Source: the human T2T-CHM13v2.0 reference genome, Homo sapiens. Taken from it: DNA of 64,000 nucleotides. The stretch lies in NCBI RefSeq assembly GCF_009914755.1, contig NC_060928.1. One strand, given 5' to 3'. Position numbers and translations under genes: made by a program. Positions within the stretch are counted from its first letter, which is position 1. Every line of letters begins with the position of its first letter. Positions 1 through 13,694 of this stretch are shown one piece after another. Below the pieces are notes generated by a model. That model searched no databases, was not told where the DNA came from, and saw only the letters and a program-made list of their open reading frames with translations.

Positions 1-594
1 AATCTGCACATCTAAACAGGAATAGTATACATCAATAACTTATTTTGACCTGTAAAAGAAAACCTCAGTTATGCTTGCATTTATACATATTATAGTTATT
101 GATATTTTAATAACATATATATTAAATAACCTAACTTTAACAACATACATATTAAAAGTAAAACTGATGTAATTCCAAATATTGTACATTAGGCCCATAA
201 ATAAAATCTGGAAAATTCATGATCATAAAATCAATTTATATACTCTTTACATTAAATCCAATACCATGGACCATAGTAAAATGAGATCTGGGAGACATGG
301 GATAATATGAATGTCTTACTTAAGAAACTATTTTATTATATGTTTATGTAAACCAATACAATAAAGAACTTAGAGCTGAAGAATACAAGCACTTTTCTAA
401 CAATCTTGCCATTTATTATTACTATGCAGATATCCATACAATCAAAAACTCTCCAAGGTTATAATAATGATATATATACCTATTCCATGTCCAAACTGTC
501 TTATGGGCAACCCATCAGTCAGGACCAAGGTCTGAATAACACATCTTGATATATTTTATAGACTAGTATTTAGGATGTGTGGGTTTGCTAATAG

Positions 595-790
595 AAAAAA
601 GATAGACTTCAACTTCAGACTAACCTGAACCTTACCACGTATTAATTTCATGAGCTAGAGTAAGACAAATATACCCTCTCAGGCTCTTAGTCCTCATCTA
701 TACAGTAATGCAAATACCCATCATAGACAGCTTGGTGAAGAATAGATATAATTATCCTGGCATGCAGCAGGAACTTAGCAGGTATTATCA
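595..790 (+). mobile_element. MIR SINE, highly degraded
   Basis: MIR-core-like run ...ccctctcaggctcttagtcctcatctatacagtaatg... followed by cctggcatgcagcagg; boundaries approximate. Confidence 0.5.
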
Positions 791-3700
791 TTTGTCTTTA
801 TTGCTCTTAACAACCCAGCCATAAAAAGTAATGCAGAAATGATGTTTATAGTAGCTTGCAAAAGTACATTTTTAAATAAAGTATTACTAACAAATAATTT
901 ACCCTTATCTTGAGTTACTTAGAAAAGCATGAACAGATCATTTTAAATATGTAAAGATATGACATTTTTAACCTTTTTCCAGCAATATTTCCGATTAAGT
1001 TTTAAAGAGGAAAATTGTATTGCAGCCTCATTTTTCATAGATATATAGGAGAAAGTGCATAGCAAAATATAACTTTATCAATGAATCTCTAGGACTTCTC
1101 ACAAACCATCAGCTAATTTCTGCATGTTTTGTTAACAACATCCCAACATAGAACTACAGGCGCTTAATCTTTGGAATTAACTACTTTTGGCTTTTTTGAG
1201 GAGAAGAAGGGAGGTTAATAAAGGAGAAAGGTTAATAAAGAGAATATTAAATGAAAAGAGAAATAGTAAATGTGCCCCAGTTGAATTATACACTCTATAT
1301 TTTTCCTTATTTAAGTAAAATAGGTATGTGATTTTGTAAATATATTTCTATGAATAATACATCTAAAATGAACCAGACTGGCTAAAAAGCACTAGAAATT
1401 TATTAAAACCACTGACTCACGAATATGTAGCATATGTTCTGTGATATCTCTTAGGAGAATGTTTCAAAGTGTTCTTATTTTATTTGTATATCATCTCTGT
1501 TTGGAAGAAAATAGCGCTGTTCTGCATATTTTTTGCTTTGCCTTAGAAATTATGATTACTAAATGAATCTTATGACTTGGAACAAAAACAAATAAATGCA
1601 AAGCATTTTTTTTCTGTGTGAGAGCAGTAATTGTCTTTTATCTCTTCACAAACTGAAATAACATGGACAATAATAGCACGTTTTAATTGTTTGAAAATGT
1701 GTGAGCACAAGAAATTGTGGCAAGCAATGACAACGTGAAAAACATATTGTCAACTCACTTATGGTTAGAGACATATATGATGTTACTATATGATCATTTA
1801 CGGATAAAATGATATCACGATTAATAGTATAATCTACAATTTTGCACATTTAAATTTTAGTGTTATACACAGTTGCACATGTTATTTTTCCAATTAGAAT
1901 ATTTAATTACAAGATTACTTACCTAGAATTATTTTACATGTACTATGCTACTTTTTATATATTTGTGTGTATAAGGTAATGGATCCTGAGATTTTAAAAC
2001 AGATAGATTACATTTGAATTCTGACAATAATTTTGAAACTTGAGATTGTGCAGACATCACACAGTGAGATGTAATTGTGAACATGTGTTCACAAACAGGA
2101 ATCAATGCTTTCAGTGAATGCATTCTAAGAGAAGATTCTTTATCTAAGCACATAAAAAATGTTAATGTAATCTGGTTTAACAAGCTAATCAAAATTTAGA
2201 GATGATATAATTTTATGTGTGTGGGGAGAGAGGCTAGAAGAAATTAAGGCTTTAGCAAAAAGTTGCAGAGAGTTTGAAAGATATTCCAGTGGAGCTGTCT
2301 CTTTTGAGCTGACCAGTGTGTTTATAATTTTAGAGCCCATATGATGAGGAGAAGCTAGTGTTTTACATGTACAAAGAGCTCCCAACCTATATTACAGAGC
2401 ATATTTACAAAAGTATGCTTAATCATATTAAGATATATGCATTCAATTTAAATATTTTTGAAATGTACTGAAAATACTACATATTGTTGTGAATATAGAT
2501 GTGTGTGTGTGTGTAAAATGTATTCCTAAAATTCATGTATACGGTTATTGTTTATAAAAATAGTATAAGATTTGGCTTATGAAAAAAAGAAACTAAAATT
2601 TACTTTTATTACATAGAAAAGTGAATTATTAATAATGCATGGGTTGTATACAAAGAAGATGTGACAGAATCAAGGGAGACAGCAACAGGTTCAACATTTA
2701 GAAGGACTCACACACAACTTTTGTGTCTACTCTTGGTTTGATTATGAAGACAAATGTAATTATTTTGCATTGTGAGTAAAATCCACATAATAAAATTTAA
2801 CCACCAAATTAAAATTTAATACAGTGCATTTGATACTAATTTTAGTTAAACAAACCAGAGAAAGGAAAGTTTAACTTATTAACATATATAAGCTCAGAAG
2901 AGATTGATTTAATCAAGCTCATCTTTTGAAACACTCATTTATGATTAAAGGGTAGGGAAATGAACAGAAGGCTGTGGATTTTTCATAGCTGTCTGCCAAG
3001 AATGGTTAGGGTCATCTTTCACTAATCTGTGACTACTTAGGAAATTATCTGTTAGCTCTCATTTGTTCTATTCAATGTCTTTAGTGGATGTTTAAAGACA
3101 GAAACAAATGAAAAAATATACATTATTAATTCCTGTAAATTTGCACAAAATTTTATAAGTGATTTGCATATTGCTTAAATATATAACAATGGGTAGATAT
3201 GTAAGTATTCAGAAATCTTCTTGTTTAAGTTCAATAGTTTCCTCTTTTTCTTGTCCTACCTATAGCTACCATCAATTAGGCTATGTTGAGCAGTATCAGA
3301 AACTTTTATTTTGAATGCTCTAATGTAAAAAATTCTTCATTATTATATTTTATTACAATAATTATGAACAATTGAAATACTTTTCAAAGAAAATTTTATA
3401 TATATAGTTCAATTATATTTTAATGTCTCATAAGTGCCTATTACCTATAATCTATATATTTATATGTTGTTAATAACATAGCCAAAGGATTTATTGGCTA
3501 CTTAATCATCTCACTGTTTTGTAGAACAATAGAGTAGGGCGTATTTGTTTGGTTTACTCCGTGATTCCTTTTTTATGGATTCTTTCCTTTTGAATAAAGA
3601 ACTGAGGATGTTATCCAAAGATTAATCCCAAAATAATCTGTTTTTCTCATGTAACAACTTATCTCTAAGCTCATTTCTGTGCCTTAGAGTATTCCTCTCA

Positions 3701-3978
3701 CCTCAACATCTGGACAGTTGCCTCAATTATTCAGCATATTTTTCATGTTTTCACAGGCATCATCTTCTATAAATACTTTAAATAATCCCTAAAAAAGCAA
3801 TTGATATAATCTTAAGTTTTATAGTTTTCTGCTTAAATCTTGAGAAAATCAAAAGATACTAAGAGCTGTATATATTAATCATTGTTGTTTTAACAAGACA
3901 ATTCAACCAAAAAAAATTTTAGACTAAAAATTGTGGCACAAAAATGTAACGTTTCCAATTGTTATCTAGACTATTTTA

Positions 3979-4365
<387 letters not shown>

Positions 4366-7251
4366 CTATGTTGGATACTTTAGCAATAATGACATTGCTT
4401 TAAGGTTTGTACATGATCTAACTCTAAAATCTTAACATATTTAGTGAAATATATTAAACCTGTTTACATTCTATCATTATATTTACTGCAACAATATATA
4501 ACTGACATCTATTATTTTGATTTTCACTAATATTTATACTTAGGAATATAGAAGGGAAAATATGGGATACAAAATCTAAAATAGTCATTTAAAATTAGGG
4601 AGCTAGTATTTGTCCTCTGCCATGTTCAATTACAAAAATGGTAATTGCCTCCCTGGGCCACCAGTAATACCGAAGAATAGTAGAAGTTCTGGGCACTCTT
4701 AAACTTTGCTGAAATTTCACAGTAACTGTCTCTCTGGAGGTACAGAACCCTAATAGTCATGAAATTATACATCTGTGTCCAGAATTTAAAAACACAAAAC
4801 TTCTTGTACCTGAGAAAATATTGAATATAAAACCATCGGGTGCTACTCTAATCAATTGCATTGATTAGTGACAATGCTAGGTACTCTGAAAAATATATAC
4901 TGTAAATTCAAAGTTCAGAAAACCTGGGATATACATCATGATGTATTCCTTAATTTTTGCAATTTTTCTAAGTTACAAAAGGTAAGACATAGCAATACAA
5001 TGTTGGAGAGTATAGACAAATTATTAAACATCATCAGAAAAATATGCAAAACCCTTAAAGTTAATAACACCCCACATGGAAAGTTCAAGATAAAAAATAT
5101 AAGAACCTACCTTTGTCTTTATTACAATTTTTATAGGACTACCAAAGCCAAATTCTGAAGGACAGAATCTGTGCTCTTCATTAATGATATCATCTCAGCT
5201 TGGGTGGAATTACATCATATAAACTTGATACACATAAGTTATCTTTATGTATTTTCAACACTCTTTAATGTAATTCATCATTGTTCTTGGCAATTACCCA
5301 GAATTTGTTATATTAACCAAAACACATAGAGGAGAGGTGGAGCAAGATGGCTGAATAGAAGCCTCCTCTGATTGTTCTCCCAACAGGAACATCAAATTGA
5401 ACAACTATCCACACAAAAAAATCACCCTCATAAGAACGAAAAATCAGGTGCATGATTACAGTATCTAATGTTAACTTCATATCACTGAAAGAGGCACTGA
5501 ACAGAGTAAAAGAGACAGCTTTGAATTGTCAATGATAGCTCTCTCTCATCCCCGACAGTGGCCATGTGGCACAGAGAATCTGTGCCCTTGAGGGAGGGAC
5601 ATCTCAGCAATTATGGAACATTGTAGTGGAACTCAGAGCTGCCCTGTCACAGTGAAAAGCGATACTGGGCAGAACTCACCCAACACCCAAGGAGGGAACG
5701 CTGAGACAAGCCATAGCCAGAGAGGAATCATCCAGCAGAAATTGAGTTCTGGCAAGCCTCAGCACCATGGGCTAAAGTGCTATGGAGTTCCTAATAAACT
5801 TTAAAGCCCATCTAGGCCACAAAGACTGCAACTTCTAGGCATGTCCTAGTGCTGTTCTGGGCTGATAGCCAGTAGACTTGGGGGGAAGGCAACCTAGTGA
5901 GACACCAGCTGAAGTGGCTGAGGGAGTGCTTCACTACATTATCCTAACCCCAGGTAGCATAGCTCATAGCTCCCAAAGAGACTTTTTTGTTCTTCTTGAA
6001 GGGAGAGAGAAGAGTGCAGACGACTTTGGTCTTGCAACTTGGATAACAGATCAGCCACAGTAGGATAGAGCACCAGGCAGAGTCATGAGGCCCTGATTCC
6101 AGGTTCCAGCTCCTTGATGACATTTCTAGACACACCTTGAGCCAAAGAGAACATTCTGTCTTGATGGAAAGAAAGCAATCCTGGCAGGATTCATTACCTG
6201 CTGACTAAAGAGCCCACGATCCCTTAATAATCAGCTGCGGTAGGCAGGTAATATAATGGGCTTTGGGCATGACTCTGAGACATGTTGGCTTCAGATGTGA
6301 CCCAGCACATTCCCAGCTGCAGTGACTGCAAGGAAAGACTCCTGCTTGAGAAAAGTAGAGACAAGAATAAAGGAGACTTTGTCTTGCACCTTAGACACCA
6401 GCTTGTTAGAGTACCAAGTGAGCTCTTGGGGTCTCTGATTTTAGGCCCTGGCACTTGGACAGCATTTCTGGACCTGCCCTGGGCCAGAGGAGAGCTCACT
6501 GCCCTGCAGGGTGAGTCTCAGGCCAGGTAGCATTCATCACAAGCTGATAAAAGAGCCCTTGGGCTTGAAGTAAACATCAGTGGTAGCCTGGCAGTACGGG
6601 CATGTGGCAGTGGTGGCCATGGGGACAGAATTATCTGCCTGTGAGAAGGGAGGGAAGAGTATAATAGACTCTGTCTTGTGATTTAGATGCCAACTCACTA
6701 CAGTATAATAGAACATATAGATGTCAAAAGTTTCTGACTCCAGGCTCTGGCTCTCAGACACCATCTCTGAAACCTCCTGGACCCCAGGGGAGCTCATGAG
6801 GGCACATGCTGGTTGATGCCACCACCTGTTGATTATATAGCCCTAGGGCCATGAACAGAGGCAACAGCCAAATAGTGATTACACTGGACCTTGGGTGACA
6901 CCCAGTGCTGTGTTGGCTTCAGGTGACCACAGGGGTTTTTTGTCTTTCCTCCTCTAACTCCACAAAGCTCAGCAGAGGAAGAGAGGTTGTTTCTTTGGGA
7001 GGCAGTAAGAAAAAAGAACAAGAATCTCTGCCTGGTAATTCAGAGAATTATTCCTGATCACATCCAAAACAAGGGCAGTACCTCTATAAGTCTGCAAAAG
7101 CCAGAGAATTAATGGGCTTGGGTGCCCCCTAATGCAGATATGGCTGCAGTGACCAGAAACTTAGATTACAACACACAAAGTGCTTCCAAAGAAGGATGGG
7201 TACATACAAGCCCAGACTGTGAAGATTACAATAATCTAATCTAACACTTCA

Positions 7252-8210
7252 ATGCACAGACACCAACAAACATCCGGAAGCATCACAACTATCCAAGAAA
7301 ACATGACCTCAAATGAACTAAATGAGGCATCTGGAACCAATCCCAGAGAGACAGAGATATGTGACCTTTCAGGCAGATAATTAAACATAGCAGTTATAAA
7401 GAAACTCATTGAAATTCAAGATAACACAGTGAAGAAATTCAGAAACCTATTGAATAAATTTAACAAAGACACTTAAATAATTAAAAAGAATCAACCGGAA
7501 ATTCTGGAGCTGAAAAATACAATTGACATACTGAAGAATGCATCACAGTCTCTTAATAGCAGATTCGATCAACGAAAAGAAATAATTAGTGAGCTTGACG
7601 ACAGACTATTTGAAAATACACAGTCAGAGACAAAAGAAAAAAGAATGAATAATACCTACAGAATCTAGAAAATAACCTCAAAAGGGCAAATCTAAGAGTT
7701 ATTGGCCTTAGAGAGTAGGCAGAGGAAGAGATAGGGGTAGAAAGTTTATTAACAGGTATAATAACAGATAACTTCCCAAACCTAGAGAAAGATACCAATA
7801 TTCAAGTACAAGAAGGTTATAGAACACCAAGGAGATTTACCCCAAGGAAGACTACCTCAAGGAATTTAACAATAAAATTCCCAAAAATCAAGCATAAGGA
7901 AAGGATCCTAAATGCAGCAAAAGAAAAAAAAATAATATAAAATGGATCCCCAATATGTGTGGTAGAAGGCTTTTCAGTGGAAACTTTACAGGCCAGGAAA
8001 GAGCAGCATGGCATATTTAAGTGCTGAAGGAAAAAAACCTTTTATCCTAGGACAGACTATCCAGGAAAAATTTTCCTCAAACATGTAGAAGAAATAAAGA
8101 CTTTCCCAGACCAAAAAAAAAATGCTGAGCAATTTCATCAATTCCAGACCTGTCCTACCAGAAATAATAAAGGGAGTTCTTCAATCTAAAAGAGAAGAAC
8201 ATTTATGAGC
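7252..8210 (+). pseudogene. L1 ORF1p remnant (stops and frameshifts)
   Basis: Lies between the 5'UTR and the inter-ORF spacer; ORF1-like motifs such as aacttcccaaacctagagaaag and ttttcagtggaaactttacaggccagg; bounds approximate. Confidence 0.75.
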
Positions 8211-9353
8211 ATTAAAAATCATCTGTGACCTCACTAGTGAGGACACAGAAAAATAGAGAGTATTATAACACTGTAAGTGTGGTGTATAAACTATTCATAC
8301 CTTAAGTAGAAAGACTAAATGATGAGCTGAAAAAAAATAATAACTACAACAACTTCTCAAGACATAGACAGTAGAGGAAGATGTAAGTGGAAGCCAAAAA
8401 AATAATCTTAAAAAGTGGAGGCATAAAGTTAAAATGTGGAGTTTTTATTAGTTTTCTGTTTGTTTGTTTGTTTGTTTATACAATTAGTGTTGACATCAGT
8501 TTAAAATAATGGGTTATATTATTTTCAAGCTTCATGATAACCTGAAATCAAAGGGATACAACAGATACACAAAAAATAAAAAGCAAGAAATTAAAACATA
8601 CCACCAGAGAAAATTATCTTCACTAAAAGGAAGACAGAAAGGAAGCAAAGAAGAAAGTGAATACCACAAAACAATCAGAAAAAAAAAAATGGCAGTGGTA
8701 AATTCTTACTTATCAATAATAACATTGAATGGCAATGGAGTAAACTCACCAATTGAAAGATAATAGAGTGGCAGAGTGGATTAAAAAAACAAGATCCAAT
8801 GATCCCTGCCTACAAGAAATACACTTCTCCAACAAAGACACATATAGTCCGACAATAGAATGATGGAAAAAGATATGCCATGCAAATGGAAACTAAAATA
8901 GAGTCAAAATAGCTATATCTATACATAAAAAATATATTTTAGGACAAAAACTATAAACAACAAATAAGGTGATAATATAATGATAAACTGCTAAATTCAT
9001 TAACATGATATAGTAATTGTAAATATATGTGTACCCAACATTGGAACACCCAGATGTATAAAGCAAATATTATTAGACATAAAAAGAGAGATACACCCCA
9101 GTATAATAATAGCTGGAGACTTCAACACCCCACTTTTAGCATTAAACAGATCTTCCAGACAGAAAATCAACAACAACAACAAAAAATCAATATTAAACTG
9201 AATTATAGACCAAATAGATCTAATAGATATTTATAAAAAACTGTATCTAATGGCTACAGAATACACATTCTCCTCAGCCCATGAATCATTCTCAATGATA
9301 GATCATATATTAAGCCACAAGTCTCAAACAATTTTTAAAGATTGAAATTATAA

Positions 9354-11135
9354 GGGGCCAAGATGGCCTATTAGAAGCAGCTGTGATCCACGGCACTCAC
9401 AGAGAGAAACAAAAGGGGTGAATGAATACAGCACCTTCAACTGAAATATCCAGTTTCTCACATTGGAACTGATTAGGAAAACAACTTGACCCAAGGAAAC
9501 AAAGAAAAGCAAGTGAGGCAATGGCCCACCTGGAAGCAACATGAAGCCAAGAGAATCCCCACCCTCAGCCAAGGGAAGTGGTATGACCCTATGAAACCAG
9601 GCTTCTCCCATGGATCTTTTCAACCTATGGATCAGGAGATCCCCTTGTGAGCCCACACCACAAGGGCTCGACACACAAAGCTGTGTGGAGTCTTGGCAGA
9701 TCAGCTGCTCAGTCATGAACAGGGAACCAAGAGCTTTACACATTCAGCCCCTGGGATCCCAAAAAAACATGTCTGCAACTCAAGCAAAGTGGGAAGTCTG
9801 CACATACCCATAGTAAAGAGGCAGAATCCAGTGAGGTGCGCAGCGTTATTCTGAGGGCCCCACTTCCATAGCACCTCACAAGATAAGACCCACTGGCTTG
9901 GAATTCCAGCCTGCCACCTGCAACAGGATGGAGCCTGCCTGAGACCAGATGGAGCCCCCAAGTGAAGGGGCAGGCATTATTTCTGCTGTTTCGTTGACTC
10001 AACCATTGTAGCCTGTGAGCGTTGGAAAGTCTAAAGAATTCAGAAGAGGAAGGGTATCCCTAGTAGTGCAGCACGGCGGTTTTGCCAGATAGTGGTCAAA
10101 CTGCCTCTTTAAGCAGAACCCTGATCAACTTCTCATGGAGTGAGTCCTTCCGGCCACCCCCACCCACATTCTATGGGGCTGACAGAGCTCTAATTTCTTC
10201 CTGGGATGGAGTGCTTGAGGAGCAGAGCAGGCAGCCACCTTGGCCATTCAGACTTCTCAGCCAGTCCAGCACAGCTGCTCTACCCAAAAGAAGCCAGACT
10301 GTTTCTTTAAGTGGGTCCTTGATCCCATTTCTCTTTCAAAGGGCTGCTGCAGTTTGCTGGGGGTACTCTCCAGACTCTAGTTGCCTCAGTATTTTCCCAT
10401 ACCTGGAGGTATCATCAGCAAAGGCTACAAAACAGCAAAGAAGGCAGCCTGCCCCTTCTTCTGGAAGCTCCATCTTAGGGGTGTAGTGTCCTATTGCCAG
10501 CCCAAACGAACCTGTAGGAGGTGGTTGGAGACATTAGTTGGAAGGTCTCACCCAGTCAGGAGAAATGAGAAATATACTGCATGGTGTATACACCCAAAGG
10601 AATATAAATCATTCTGTTATAAAGATACATTCATGTGTATGTTCATTTCAGCACTATTCACAATAGCAAAGACATGGAATCAACCTACATGCCCACTAAC
10701 AATAGACCAGATAAAGAAAAGGTGGTACATATACACCATGCAATACAATGCAGCCATAGAAAGGAAAAAGATCACGTCTTTGCACGGATATGGATGGAGC
10801 TGGAAGCCATTATGTTCAGAAAACTAATGCAGGAACAGAAAATCAAATACCACATGTTCTCACTTATCATTGGGAGCTGAATAGTGAGAACACATGGACA
10901 CATGGGGGAAAATAACACACACTGGGGCCTGTAGGTGGGTGGGAAGTGGGAGGAGGGAGGAGGGAAGTGGGAAGAGGAAGAGCATCAGGAAGATTAGCTA
11001 ATAGATGCTGGGCTTAATACCTGATGAGATAATATGTGCAGCAAACCACCATGATACATATTTACCTATGTGACAAACCTGCATATTCTGCACTTGTACC
11101 CCTGAACTTAAAATAAAACTTGGAAATTAAAAATA
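9354..11135 (+). mobile_element. Nested L1PA (L1PA12/13/L1PREC2-like): 5'UTR, inverted piece and 3' end, with most of ORF1/ORF2 missing
   Basis: Starts ggggccaagatggcc...; ends ...tgtacccctgaacttaaaataaaacttggaaattaaaaa; degenerate TSD attgaaattata (9341-9352) / attgaaactgta (11136-11147); host ORF2 resumes after it. Confidence 0.88.
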
Positions 11136-13270
11136 ATTGAAACTGTATATAGTATTTTCTCTGACTACAATGAAATAAAACTAGAAATCAGTAAGAGAAA
11201 ATTTTTAAAATATACAAACACAGGAAAATTAAACTGTGTGCTCTTGAATGAGCAGTTGGTCAATAAAGAAATTTTTTAAAAACTGAAAAATTTCTTGAAA
11301 TAAAAATGGAAACACACTATACTCAATCACAGTGAAAGTGGTACTAAGAAAAAAGTTCATAGCAATAAGCAGCAACATCAAAAAGTAGAAAAACTTCAAA
11401 GAAATAATATCATGTTGCACTTAAAAGGACTAGGAAAGCAAGAGAAAACCAAACGGAAAATTAGTACAAGGAAGGAAATAATAAAGATGAGAGCAGAAGT
11501 AAATGAAATTGAAATGAAGAAAACAATACAAAAGATCAATACAACAAAAAGTTGTTTTTTGAGATAGTAAACAAAACTGACACATTTTAGCCAAACTAAG
11601 AAAAAAAGAGGAAAGACTCAAATAAACAAAATCAGAAATGAAAAAGGAGACATTAAGATCAATACCACAGATATTCAAACGATAATTAGAGGCTACTGTA
11701 AGCAACTATGTGTCAATAAATTGGAAAATCTATAAGAAATGGGTAAGATAAATTAAATAGATAAATTAAACCAACCAACATTGAATAATAAATTAATCCA
11801 AAACCTGAACAGACAAATAACAAGTAATAAGATCAAAGTCATAATAAAAATTCTCTTCATAGTAAATCCTAGGACCCAATGGCTACATTGCTGAATTTTA
11901 TTATACATTTAAAGTATAACTAAGACCAATCTAAACTATTCCACAAAAATAGAGGAAGAGGGGCTACTTTCAAACTCATTCAATGAAGCCAGTATTACAC
12001 TGATACCAAAACCAGACAAAGACACATCAAAAAAAGAAAACTACAGACCAATATTTCTGATGAATGTTGAGGTAATAATCTGCAAGAAAATATTAACAAA
12101 TCAAATTCAACATCACATTGCAAAGATTATTTATCATGACCAAGTGGGATTTATCCCATGGATGCAAGTGCAGCTCAGCTTATGCAAATCAATCATTGTG
12201 ATACATCAGATCCACAGAATGAATGACAAAAATCATATTATCATTTCAATTGATGCTGATGTAGCATTTTACAAAATTCAACATCCCTTCCAGATAAAAA
12301 CACTCAAAAACCTGGATATGGAAGCAACATACCTAAACATAATAAAAGGTATGCATGACAGACCCACAGCTGATATCAAACTGAATTGAGTAAAACTGAG
12401 AGCCTTTTCTCTAAGATCTGGAATATGACGAGGGTTTCCACTTTCATCACTGTTATTCAATATAGTATTGGAAGTCCCAGCTAGAGCAATCAGACAAGAG
12501 AAAGAAATTAAAAGCATACAGATTTGAAAGGAAGAAGTCAAATTATTCTTGTTTGCAGATGATATAATCTTATATTTGGAAAAACCTAAAGCCTCCACCA
12601 AAAATCTATTAGAACTGATAAAGAACTTTACTAAAGTTGCAGGATACACAATCAACTACAAAATCAGTAGTATTTCTATATGCCAACAGCAAACAATCTG
12701 AAAAAGAAATCAATAAAGTAATCATAGTTACAATATCTACAAATAAAATTAAATGTCTAGGGATTAAGTTAACCAAAGAAGTGAAACATGTCTACAATAA
12801 AAACTATGAAACATTGATAAAATAAATTGAATAGTACACAAAAAAATGGAAAGAGGTTTATGTTCATGGATTGTTAAAATGTCCATACTACCTAAAGCAA
12901 TCTACAGATTAAATGCAATCATTATCAAAATACCATTGATATTCTTCATAGAAAAAGAAAAATACAACCCTAAAATTTACATGCAATCAAACAACACTCT
13001 GAATAGCCAAAGCTATCCTGAGCAAAAACAATAAAACTAAAGGAGTCACGTAATCTGAATTCAAGTTATACTACAGAGTTATTGTAAGTTAAGCAGCATG
13101 ATGCTAGAATATAAACAGACATATAGAAGACCAGCACAAAATAGAGAACCAAGACATAAATTCATGCATCTGCAGGTATCTCATTTTTGACAAAAAAAAT
13201 GCCAACAACACGCATTGGGGAAATGAAAGTCTCTTCAATAAACGGCACTTGGAAAACTGGTTATTCATAC

Positions 13271-13694
13271 TGACATAGTTTGGATATTTGCCCCCACCTA
13301 AATCATGTGTTGAATTGTAACCCCTAATGCTAGAGATGGGGCCTGGTGGGAGGTATTTGGATCATCAGGGCAGGTCTTTCATGGCTTGGTACTGTCTTTG
13401 TAGTAGTGAGTTCTCATAAGATCTGGTCATTTAAAATTGTGTGGCACCTCATCCCCTCCTCTCTCTCTCTCTCTCAATTGCTCCTGCTGTTGCCATGTGA
13501 TGTACCTGCTTTCCCTTGGCCTTGTACCATTAATGTGAGCTTCCTGAGAACTCCCTAGAAGCCAAGCAGATGCCAGCACTATGCTTCCAGTAAATCTTGC
13601 AGAACTGTGAGCCAATTAAACCTCTTTTCTTTATAAATCACCCAGTCTCAGATATTTCTTTATGGCAATGCAAATGCAAGAATGGCCTAACACA
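13271..13694 (+). mobile_element. MSTA-like ERVL-MaLR solo LTR inserted in L1 ORF2
   Basis: TG...CA termini (tgacatagtttgg...cctaacaca); ccaattaaacctcttttctttataaat motif; degenerate 5-bp TSD catac/caaat. Confidence 0.88.

Noticed and set aside
10381-10827. 148-aa ORF with an L1 ORF2 C-terminal-like end
   Set aside because: Chance read-through across the inversion junction from antisense 5'UTR into the ORF2 tail, with a non-ATG start
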